Below are positions 9,618-17,694 of a DNA stretch of 64,000 nucleotides, piece after piece (position 1 is the first letter of the stretch; each line of letters starts with the position of its first letter). Below the pieces are notes generated by a model. That model saw nothing but the letters and a program-made list of their open reading frames with translations, had not been told where the DNA came from and ran no database searches. Position numbers and translations under genes: made by a program. This DNA comes from Polyangiaceae bacterium. Its GTDB lineage: Bacteria; Myxococcota_A; Polyangia; Polyangiales; Polyangiaceae. Where the stretch lies: positions 1,752 to 65,751 of the forward strand of contig JBDHVE010000030.1 in the NCBI GenBank assembly GCA_039809485.1, written 5' to 3'.

Positions 9618-10439
9618 ATGAGCAAGAAGAAGAAGAAGCACGAGCAGAAGCGCAGGCAGGAGCGGCGGTTCTATCCGCAGAGCACCTTCAGCCCCTGGCT
9701 CGTGCGCACCTTCGGTGCTCTCGGCGCGGCGACGATGGGCGCCGGCGCGCTCGGGATGTACAAGGAGATGTTCGCGGCGGACGAGAAGCTGAAGGCGATC
9801 CCTTCCTACCTCGTCGCCGGCGGCGCGGTCCTCACCGGCCTCGCGATCTGGCTCGGCACGAGCAGCGATCCGCCGATCCGCGTCGGCGCGCCCGGAATCG
9901 GGATGGACCGCGGCGAGGTCCGCCGGATGCCCTGGTACAACGTCGACGCGATCACGTTCGAGTCGGGTGCGCTGTCGCTCGTCGTCGTGGGCAAGGACGA
10001 CGCGGGCCAGAGCTGGACGCTGAAGGTGCCCGTCAAGGCGCAGCCCGAGGCGGTCGCGTGGATCGTCGACGAAGCGCAGCGGCGGATCCCGAAGAAGGTC
10101 GACATCTCGGACGAGATGCTCGCGAAGCTCCCGCGCGCCGAGGAGCACGCCGGCACGATCATCGATCTCGAGCCGCTCCAGGTCGTCGGCAAGCGCTGCG
10201 CGGCCTCGGGCAAGACGATCTCCTACGAGCCCGACGCGCGCATCTGCGAGCGCTGCGAGCGCGTGTACTTCAAGCGGTCGGTGCCGAAGAAGTGCAAGTG
10301 CGGCGCCGACCTCGCGCACCTCCGCGACAGCAAGGGCCAGGACGAGACGGAAGAGGAGCCCGCCGAGACGGACGAGGCGAGCGACGTGGCCGAGACCGGC
10401 GCGCCCGACTCCGAGCCCACGAAGACGGCGGAGGTCTGA
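9618..10439 (+). CDS. Hypothetical membrane protein with C-terminal Cys cluster (putative Zn finger)
   Basis: Basic N-terminus, two TM helices, CAASG...CERCERVY...CKCG, acidic tail. Confidence 0.75.
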   Translation: MSKKKKKHEQKRRQERRFYPQSTFSPWLVRTFGALGAATMGAGALGMYKEMFAADEKLKAIPSYLVAGGAVLTGLAIWLGTSSDPPIRVGAPGIGMDRGEVRRMPWYNVDAITFESGALSLVVVGKDDAGQSWTLKVPVKAQPEAVAWIVDEAQRRIPKKVDISDEMLAKLPRAEEHAGTIIDLEPLQVVGKRCAASGKTISYEPDARICERCERVYFKRSVPKKCKCGADLAHLRDSKGQDETEEEPAETDEASDVAETGAPDSEPTKTAEV

Positions 10440-10440
10440 G

Positions 10441-10830
10441 ATGGAGAAGAAGCTCCTCGTCCGTGGTGTGGGCGCGAGCCCCGGCGTCGCGACCGGCTGC
10501 ATCGTCTTCCGTTCGGAGGACGCGATCGCGCTCGCCGGTCAGGGCAAGTCCGTCGTCCTCGTCCGGATCGACACGACGCCGGAGGACGTGCCGGGGATGC
10601 AGGTCGCGGCGGGCATCATCACGACGCGCGGCGGCTTGACCGGCGACGCGGCGATCGTCGCGCGTACGCTCGGCAAGCCGTGCATCGCGGGCTGTCCGAC
10701 GATGCATGTGGACTACACCGCGAACACCTGCACGCTCTGGGGTGACTCGACCGAGGAGCAAGCGGACATCGTCCTCGCGAAGGGCGACGTCATCTCGTTC
10801 GACGGCGGCACCGGCGAGATCTGGCGCTGA
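10441..10830 (+). CDS. Stand-alone PEP-utilising enzyme mobile (phosphohistidine) domain, PPDK-like, His replaced by Asp
   Basis: GVGASPGVATGCIVF, VLVRIDTTPEDVPGM, GIITTRGGLTGDAAIVARTLGKPCIAG (canonical GGxTSHAAxVAR), GDVISFDGGTGEI. Confidence 0.88.
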   Translation: MEKKLLVRGVGASPGVATGCIVFRSEDAIALAGQGKSVVLVRIDTTPEDVPGMQVAAGIITTRGGLTGDAAIVARTLGKPCIAGCPTMHVDYTANTCTLWGDSTEEQADIVLAKGDVISFDGGTGEIWR

Positions 10831-10834
10831 CGCG

Positions 10835-11392
10835 CTACTCGTCGCCGCCGTAGCGACGGCTCATCTCGACGAGGATCGCGCGGATCTCGCCGCCGATCCG
10901 CAGCTTGCGATCGAGCGCGCGGAGCTCGGGATCGTTCGCAGCGGCCCTCGCGACGCGTGCCGCGTGCTCGCGGAGCGTCGCGGTCGCGACGGCGGCGAGC
11001 TCGCCCGCGTCGTACCACGTGCCGTGCGCATCGCAGACGTCGACGGTCATCCCGTGGACGACGCGCGCCCGGAGGTCGTCGCCGCAGTCGGGACAGCGAG
11101 CGCTCGCCCCCCGCGGGAGATCCGGCGTCCGTCGCGCTTCGGCGATCCGCGAGAGCTCGACCGGGACCATGCTCGCCTCGGCGAGCATGCGCGCAGCGGC
11201 TTCGTTCGCGAGCCACCCCCCGCCGCAGACGCCGCACGCGTCCAGACGATGCCCTTCACGGCGGGCGGCGAAGAGCGAGTCGCCGCAACGCGGGCAGACG
11301 CGCCGCGAGAGCCAGGTCTGGAGCAGCCAGGGCCGCGCCGGATCGGGGAGCGGCTCGTCGGGATCGCGCTCGCCGGGGACGCGATAGCTCAC
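10835..11392 (-). CDS. Protein with two zf-TFIIB-like zinc ribbons
   Basis: CPRC...DACGVCGGGWL and CPDC...DVCDAHGTWYDAGEL; GTG start overlaps the DGC stop. Confidence 0.8.
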   Translation of the reverse strand: MSYRVPGERDPDEPLPDPARPWLLQTWLSRRVCPRCGDSLFAARREGHRLDACGVCGGGWLANEAAARMLAEASMVPVELSRIAEARRTPDLPRGASARCPDCGDDLRARVVHGMTVDVCDAHGTWYDAGELAAVATATLREHAARVARAAANDPELRALDRKLRIGGEIRAILVEMSRRYGGDE

Positions 11393-12828
11393 GCCGTCTC
11401 GACGCGATTCCGACCGCGGTGCTTCGCGGCGTACATCGCCTTGTCGGCCCGCCCGAGGAGGTCGTCGAGCTGCCACTCGGGGCTCTCCGCGCTGGCGAGG
11501 CCGACCGACGCCGTCGCCTTGTGCTCCTGGCCGGACGGCAGCATGTAGCGAGCGTCCGCGATCGCGCGCCGGACGCGCTCGGCCGCGACGCGTGCACCGG
11601 CCTCCGCGGTCTGCGTGAGCGCGAGGACGAACTCCTCGCCGCCCCAGCGCGCGACGAAGTCGCTCTTCCGAGCGATGCTCGAGAGCGTCCGCGCGACGCC
11701 CTGGAGGACGGCGTCGCCGGCGTCGTGGCCGAGCGTGTCGTTCACCTTCTTGAAGTGATCGACGTCGAGGAGGAGCACGCTGATCGGGAAGAGCTGCTTG
11801 TCGCTCGCTGCGCGTGCCTTGTCGAGGCGCTCGACGAACGCGCGGCGGTTGAGGAGGCCCGTCAGCGTGTCGGTCGACGCGAGGCGGCGCGCCTCCGCGA
11901 CCAGGGCGGCCATCCGGAGCGGACCGCCCAGCTCGTTGGCGAGGAGCGCGATGAGGCGTCGGTCGTCGTGCGAGGCGCCACGGCGCGCCGGCGCGAGCGC
12001 GATGTGGCCGATGTTCGACGTGCCGAAGCGCACCGGCAGCGAGATCGGCGGCGTCGACCACTCGGCCTCGACCGCTCGGCGGTCGGTCACGAAGTACGCG
12101 TCGCCTTCGTCCGGCTTCCGGCGCTCGGGGGGAGGCGGGACGTCGAGGGCGTCACGCGCTTCGCGCTCGGCGGCGTCACGCAGATCGGGATGGGTGTGGA
12201 TGAAGAGGCGCGTCTTCACCTTCACCTGCGGCGGTGCCGCCGCGTCGGTCGAGAGCGCGAGCCAGCGGTAGCCGGCGACGTCCGACGCGAGCGCGACGAG
12301 GCTCTCGAAGAGCGTCTCGAGCTCCTCGGCCTTCTGCGAGAGGGCGCGGACCTCGCCCGCGATCGTCGAGTCGAAGAGCGACGCGTCGAGCAGCTGCGAG
12401 AGCCGCTCCTGGACGTTGCCGCGCGTGACGACGCCGGGGTTCGTCGCGGGCGGCGGACGCGTCATCGGCGACGACGTGAGATCGCCGAGGACCTCGGTGA
12501 GCCGGTCGATCTCCGTCTTCGTGACGTACGCGGTCGCGCCTGCGTGGCGCGCCCAGAAGCGCGAGCGCCGATCGTCCGACGCGGTGAGGAGGACGACGGG
12601 GACGTGGTGGGTGGCCGGCTCGGCGCGGAGGAGACGGCAGAGCTGGAGGCCCGAGATGCCGGGCATCCAGAGGTCGGTCACGACGGCGTCCGGCGGTCGC
12701 TCGAGCGCCATCTCGGCCGCGTCGGCGGCATGCGCGACCTCGACGACGTCGTGCCCCTTCTCACGAAGGCGGACGCCGAGGAGCGCACGCGCGCTCGCGC
12801 TGTCGTCGACGAGGAGAATCCGCGCCAC
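11389..12828 (-). CDS. Receiver-domain diguanylate cyclase
   Basis: RILLVDD...DLWMPG receiver; DTLTGLLNRR, LLDVDHFKKVNDTLGHDAGD, RKSD I-site, RWGGEEF, ADKAMYAAK. Confidence 0.95.
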   Translation of the reverse strand: MARILLVDDSASARALLGVRLREKGHDVVEVAHAADAAEMALERPPDAVVTDLWMPGISGLQLCRLLRAEPATHHVPVVLLTASDDRRSRFWARHAGATAYVTKTEIDRLTEVLGDLTSSPMTRPPPATNPGVVTRGNVQERLSQLLDASLFDSTIAGEVRALSQKAEELETLFESLVALASDVAGYRWLALSTDAAAPPQVKVKTRLFIHTHPDLRDAAEREARDALDVPPPPERRKPDEGDAYFVTDRRAVEAEWSTPPISLPVRFGTSNIGHIALAPARRGASHDDRRLIALLANELGGPLRMAALVAEARRLASTDTLTGLLNRRAFVERLDKARAASDKQLFPISVLLLDVDHFKKVNDTLGHDAGDAVLQGVARTLSSIARKSDFVARWGGEEFVLALTQTAEAGARVAAERVRRAIADARYMLPSGQEHKATASVGLASAESPEWQLDDLLGRADKAMYAAKHRGRNRVETA

Positions 12829-12886
12829 GGGACCTTGTGGTCTATGCTCGCGCGCCGACCTCGAAAAAGCAAAGGAGCAGCGACCG

Positions 12887-13768
12887 ATGACGGACAAGCA
12901 AGTGGTGACCGTGCTGGGGACGGGGACGATGGGCCAGGGAATCGCTCAGGTCTGCGCGGCCGCAGGGCACACGGTCCGCTTGTTCGACGCGGCGGAAGGC
13001 CGGGCCGCCACCGCGGTCCAGGCGATCGCCGACCAGCTCGAGAAGCTCGTCATCAAGGGCAAGGTCACCGCCGAAGCGAGGGCTACCACCCTCTCCCGCC
13101 TCACCGCGGCCGCGGCCGGCTCGGCGAAGGACGCCTGCGCGGGCGCGAACGTCGTGATCGAGGCCGTCCCGGAGGACATGGGCCTCAAGGTCGAGGTGCT
13201 CCGTAGTGTCCTGCCTGCGGCTGCTCCGGACGTGCTGGTCGCGTCGAACACGTCGTCGCTCTCGATCACCGAGCTCGGCGCTCGACTCGGCGTCCCCGAG
13301 CGCACGCTCGGCCTCCACTTCTTCAACCCGCCGCCCGTCATGGAGCTCGTCGAGGTCGTCCGCGGGCTCGGCACGAGCGAAGCGACGCTCGAGCGCGCGC
13401 TCGCGTTCGTGAAGGGGCTGCCGAAGACGCCGATCGTCGTCCGCGACGTGCCCGGCTTCGCGACGAGCCGGCTCGGTGTGATCCTCGGCGCCGAGGCGAT
13501 GCGCATGCTCGAGACCGGCGTCGCGAGCGCGGCCGACATCGACAAGGGGATGGAGCTCGGGTACCGCCACCCGATGGGCCCGCTGAAGCTGACGGATCTC
13601 GTCGGCCTCGACGTGCGGCTCGCCATCCTCGATCACCTCACGCGGGAGGTCGGCGATCAGTTCCGGGCGCCGACGATCCTGCGGACGATGGTGCGCGCCG
13701 GGAAGCTCGGGAAGAAGACCGGCGAGGGCTTCTACAAGTGGGTCGACGGACAGCCCGTCGCGAAGTGA
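12887..13768 (+). CDS. 3-hydroxyacyl/3-hydroxybutyryl-CoA dehydrogenase
   Basis: VLGTGTMGQGIA, VIEAVPED, ASNTSSLSIT, GLHFFNPPPVMELVEV, HPMGPLKLTDLVGLD. Confidence 0.95.
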   Translation: MTDKQVVTVLGTGTMGQGIAQVCAAAGHTVRLFDAAEGRAATAVQAIADQLEKLVIKGKVTAEARATTLSRLTAAAAGSAKDACAGANVVIEAVPEDMGLKVEVLRSVLPAAAPDVLVASNTSSLSITELGARLGVPERTLGLHFFNPPPVMELVEVVRGLGTSEATLERALAFVKGLPKTPIVVRDVPGFATSRLGVILGAEAMRMLETGVASAADIDKGMELGYRHPMGPLKLTDLVGLDVRLAILDHLTREVGDQFRAPTILRTMVRAGKLGKKTGEGFYKWVDGQPVAK

Positions 13769-13835
13769 AACGAGCGTGATCCCGGGCGGTTCGCGCGCGC
13801 GGGAATGAACGCGCGCGCCTGCTCGTAGCTCCTCG

Positions 13836-14612
13836 GTGAGCCCGAGATCCGAGGTGCCGGTCGCCGCTTCGCTCGCCGAGCCGTCGTTCCTCGCGCCCGC
13901 GATCATGGCGGGCGCGGGGCTGCTCGCGATCGTCCAGGGCGCGAGCCTCGCCTCGAGCCCGGGCGAGGGGCTCGTCATCGCGGTGCTCGGCCTCGGCGTG
14001 CCCACCCTCGGGACGACGGCGGCCGCCCGGGGGATCGTCGCGAAGGAGCCGATCGTCGGACTGCTCACGCCCGTCCTCCTCGCCTTCGCGCACTGCACGC
14101 TCGGCGCGCTGTGCATCGGCGACGGAATGGGCGGCTTCCTCCTCACCGGCGTCTTCTGGCTCGTCACGGCCGTCCTCGCCGCGCCGATGCTCGTCGCGAT
14201 CGCGATCATCGCGCGGCGGCGGGCGCACGACACCGGAGACGTCCTCCTCGGCTGGGCGGGCGCATGGCTCGTCTTGCTCCATGCTGCCGTCCTGACCATG
14301 GATTCGGGGCATCGGCCGACGCTCGGGACCGGGCTCGTCCTTGGTCTCGGCATGATGGTCGTCGCGGCGATCCGCGGAAGGCAGCGGCGCGCCTGGTGCG
14401 ACAAGGTCGCGCGCGGCGATGTCCGCGGCTTCCGCGTGCGCGCCGAGGCCCACGGTGACGATCTCGACGCGATCCCGGTCGTGTACGGGTCGCGGCGCGA
14501 GGCGGGGACGGTGATCGAGCGGATCGAGCTCGCGGCCGGCACGGCCTACCGCGATCGCCTGATCGGGGTCCCGGTCGGCCGCGCTCCGATCCCGGTCCCC
14601 GAACCGGTCTGA
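13836..14612 (+). CDS. Hypothetical multi-pass membrane protein
   Basis: About six hydrophobic segments plus a soluble C-tail; fills the gap between two co-oriented genes. Confidence 0.7.
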   Translation: MSPRSEVPVAASLAEPSFLAPAIMAGAGLLAIVQGASLASSPGEGLVIAVLGLGVPTLGTTAAARGIVAKEPIVGLLTPVLLAFAHCTLGALCIGDGMGGFLLTGVFWLVTAVLAAPMLVAIAIIARRRAHDTGDVLLGWAGAWLVLLHAAVLTMDSGHRPTLGTGLVLGLGMMVVAAIRGRQRRAWCDKVARGDVRGFRVRAEAHGDDLDAIPVVYGSRREAGTVIERIELAAGTAYRDRLIGVPVGRAPIPVPEPV

Positions 14613-14664
14613 GACCACGCTCCCGCTTCCGGGCGAGCCGGGGCGCGAGTAGGCTCCGCGCGCC

Positions 14665-15867
14665 ATGTCCTTGCGCGCAGCCTACGTCGTCTCCGCCCTC
14701 CGCACGCCGATCGGAAAGCACCGCGGTGCGCTCTCCCCCGTTCGTGCCGACGACCTCGCCGCGCACGTCGTCAACGAGCTGCTCGCGCGCACGCCCAGCC
14801 TGCGGTCGAGGCTCGAGCACGTCGTCTTCGGCGCGACGAACCAGGCCGGCGAGGACAATCGCAACGTCGCGCGGATGGCGGTCCTCCTCGCGGGGCTGCC
14901 CTACGAGATCCCCGCCGTCACCGTGAACCGCCTCTGCGGCTCGGGCCTCGAGGCGGTCTGCGACGCCGCGCGCCGGGTCGCGACCGGCGACGCGGACGTC
15001 GTCGTCGCCGGCGGCGTCGAGAGCATGACGCGCGCGCCGTTCGTCTTCGGCAAGAGCGACGAGCCGTTCCCGCGCTCCGCGCCGAAGGTGTTCGACACGA
15101 GCCTCGGCTGGCGGTTCGAGAACCCGAAGATGGCCGCACGCTTCCCGCTCCAGTCGATGGGCGAGACGGCCGAGAACGTCGCGGAGAAGTGGAAGGTCAC
15201 GCGCGAGGAGCAGGACGCGTTCGCGCTCGCCTCGCACCAGAAGGCCGCCGCAGCGTGGGACCGCGGCGACTTCGCCGCCGAGGTCGCGCCCGTGTCGATC
15301 ACGCAGAAGAAGGGCGAGCCCGTCGTCGTGAAGACCGACGAGAGCGTCCGCGCCGATGCGTCGCTTCCCGCTCTCGCGAAGCTCTCCCCCGTCTTCCGGA
15401 CGGGCGGCACCGTCACAGCCGGCAACAGCTCCCCCTTGAACGACGGCGCGAGCGGCGTGCTCGTCGTCAGCGAGGAGGTGCTGAAGAGCGAGGGGCTCGA
15501 GCCGCTCGCGCGCATCGTCTCCCACGCGACGGCAGGTGTGGAGCCGAACCTGATGGGCGAGGGCCCGATCCCGGCCGGCAAGAAGGCGCTCGCGCGGGCC
15601 GGCATCGGCGTGAACGACCTCGACCTCGTCGAGCTGAACGAGGCGTTCGCCGCGCAGGCGATCGCGTGCCTGCGCGGTCTCGAGCTCGACCCCGCGCGCG
15701 TCAACGTCCGTGGCGGCGGGATCGCGCTCGGGCACCCGATCGGCTCGAGCGGCTGCCGGATCCTCGTCACGCTCGTCCACGCGATGAAGGCGCGGAACGC
15801 GAAGCGCGGGATGGCTGCACTCTGCATCGGTGTCGGCCAGGGCATCGCGATGACCGTCGAGCGCTGA
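14665..15867 (+). CDS. Thiolase (acetyl-CoA C-acyltransferase, PaaJ/PcaF-like)
   Basis: TVNRLCGSG, GGVESMTRAP, TAGNSSPLNDGA, ELNEAFA, GHPIGSSG, LCIGVGQG. Confidence 0.96.
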   Translation: MSLRAAYVVSALRTPIGKHRGALSPVRADDLAAHVVNELLARTPSLRSRLEHVVFGATNQAGEDNRNVARMAVLLAGLPYEIPAVTVNRLCGSGLEAVCDAARRVATGDADVVVAGGVESMTRAPFVFGKSDEPFPRSAPKVFDTSLGWRFENPKMAARFPLQSMGETAENVAEKWKVTREEQDAFALASHQKAAAAWDRGDFAAEVAPVSITQKKGEPVVVKTDESVRADASLPALAKLSPVFRTGGTVTAGNSSPLNDGASGVLVVSEEVLKSEGLEPLARIVSHATAGVEPNLMGEGPIPAGKKALARAGIGVNDLDLVELNEAFAAQAIACLRGLELDPARVNVRGGGIALGHPIGSSGCRILVTLVHAMKARNAKRGMAALCIGVGQGIAMTVER

Positions 15868-15870
15868 CCC

Positions 15871-16743
15871 TTGGCGTCGTCGCCTGCGCCCCCGGCGAGG
15901 ACGAGCGAAGGTGGCATCGCGCCGCCTCCGTCCGGCGTGCCGTGGGACGAGCCGCTCGGCGAGGCGCCGCTCGCGTTCGTCGACCTCGAGATGACCGGGC
16001 TCGATCCCGCACGTGACCACGTCGTGGAGGTCTGCATCGAGCGCGTCCGCGGCGAGCGCGTCGACGGACGGATCCACACGCTCGTTCGCCCGACCACGCT
16101 CGAAGGCGAGGTCGGCAACGTCCACGTGCACGGGATCGGGGCGCCCGAGCTCGAGAGCGCGCCGACCTTCGCGGACATCGCAGAAGAGATCGAACGGCTC
16201 CTCGAAGGTGCGGTGCTCGTCGCACACGGTGCGGCGTGGGACGTCGCGTTCCTCCGGTCCGAGCTCGCGCGCGCAGGACGCGAGCCGCGGATCACGCACT
16301 GGCTCGACACGCTGCACCTGTCGCGCCGCTCGTTCGCGCTGCCGCGCCACTCGCTCGACGCGCTCCGGGTCGAGATGGGCCTCGACAAGTCGCGGGCGCA
16401 TCGCGCCGATGCCGACGTCGCCGCGCTCCGCTCCGTCTTCGCGAAGTGCGTCACCGCGCTCGAGCCGCGGACGCCGCGCGATCTCTGGGAGGTGCGGATC
16501 GCGGAGCGGAAGGCACGCGAGCAGATCGTCGTGCAGTGCGAGGCCGCGGTCGCGGCCGGCAAGCCCGTCGTCGTGATCTACCGACCGCGGGCGAAGCCGC
16601 AGCAGGAGATGCGGATGGTGCTCACCGAAGTGCGTCGGTCGAGCGACCCGCCGCGCGTCGTCGGCTACATGCTCCCCGGCCGCGGTCGCCGCGAGCTGCG
16701 CGCCGACCGGATCCTCCGCGTCGAGCCGATCGCGACGAGCTGA
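15871..16743 (+). CDS. DEDDh exonuclease fused to a C-terminal WYL-like domain
   Basis: FVDLEMTG, LVAHGAAWD, HRADADV; C-terminal V.V.Y...VVGY...RRELRADRILRVE. Start codon uncertain. Confidence 0.82.
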   Translation: MASSPAPPARTSEGGIAPPPSGVPWDEPLGEAPLAFVDLEMTGLDPARDHVVEVCIERVRGERVDGRIHTLVRPTTLEGEVGNVHVHGIGAPELESAPTFADIAEEIERLLEGAVLVAHGAAWDVAFLRSELARAGREPRITHWLDTLHLSRRSFALPRHSLDALRVEMGLDKSRAHRADADVAALRSVFAKCVTALEPRTPRDLWEVRIAERKAREQIVVQCEAAVAAGKPVVVIYRPRAKPQQEMRMVLTEVRRSSDPPRVVGYMLPGRGRRELRADRILRVEPIATS

Positions 16744-16785
16744 CTTAACGCCTCGCGGAGGCGAAGAGGGTTCACCATCTGGGAC

Positions 16786-17595
16786 GTGAGCACCTCCTCC
16801 GCGGTCACGGGTCTCGTCCTCGCCGTCGTCGTCGCCGCCTGCGGCGGCAAGATCCAGGGCGAAGCCGCGCCCGATCGAGGCGAGACGGCGGACCTCCCCC
16901 GCGGCCCGCAGAGCTCGACGGACCGGACGTACCCGCCCACGCCGGAGCGGGCCGAGTCACCTCCCGCGCCGTCGTCGAAGCCGTCCGAGCTCGCGCCGAC
17001 CTGCAGCAGCCTCCGGCTCCGCACGGCGCCGCCCGTCACGCGTACCTGCGCCGAGTGGAGCGTGACGGACAAGCACCCCGACATCACGGTCTACAGCGAT
17101 CGCCGGATCGTGACGACGCTCGCCGGCAGCGTCGAGCGGTCCGTCCGCGCGACGCTCGGGAAGAAGACCGGCACGGCCTACTTCGAAGCTTGGGTGCTCG
17201 CGCTCTCGAACGCGCCCTCCGGGATCGGGTTCGCGAACGCCGCCCATCCGCTCACGTCCGGGTTCGGCAGCGCGACCGCGTGCGGCTTCACGTCGAACGA
17301 GGAGGTCCGGTGCCCGGGCGAGGCCGTCGCGCCTCCGCTCCGCGTCGGTGCGGTCCTCAGCGTCGCGGCGGACGTCTCGACGCATCGTGCGTGGTTCGCC
17401 CTCGACGGCCAGTGGGTCGGCTGCGAACGCGGGAGCACGCCGACGGCGTTCGCGCTCCCGCCCGGCGAGGTGTTCCCGCTCGCGACGCTCTCGCAGCCGT
17501 ACACCATCACGGGCGACTCGTACCGCGCGGCCTTCGCGCCGAACGAGCTCGCGTTCGATCCGCCGAGGGGGTTCGAAGCAGGGTGGTGCGAATAG
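16786..17595 (+). CDS. Lipoprotein with a SPRY/B30.2-like domain
   Basis: VAAC lipobox, Pro-rich linker, GTAYFEAWV...GIGF...VGAVLSVAAD...WFALDGQW...AF...GEVFPLATL. Confidence 0.6.
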   Translation: MSTSSAVTGLVLAVVVAACGGKIQGEAAPDRGETADLPRGPQSSTDRTYPPTPERAESPPAPSSKPSELAPTCSSLRLRTAPPVTRTCAEWSVTDKHPDITVYSDRRIVTTLAGSVERSVRATLGKKTGTAYFEAWVLALSNAPSGIGFANAAHPLTSGFGSATACGFTSNEEVRCPGEAVAPPLRVGAVLSVAADVSTHRAWFALDGQWVGCERGSTPTAFALPPGEVFPLATLSQPYTITGDSYRAAFAPNELAFDPPRGFEAGWCE

Positions 17596-17604
17596 TCCGC
17601 CGGC

Positions 17605-17634
17605 GGGGACGGGCACGGGCACGGGCACGGGCAC
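17605..17634. repeat. Intergenic hexamer tandem repeat GGGGAC+(GGGCAC)4
   Basis: Directly visible between the stop at 17595 and the next gene. Confidence 0.9.
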
Positions 17635-17694
17635 GGAATTGTGGGGCTCGACCCCCCCCGGAAGGTGGGCTATCTGCACCGCCCGGGAGCCCCC

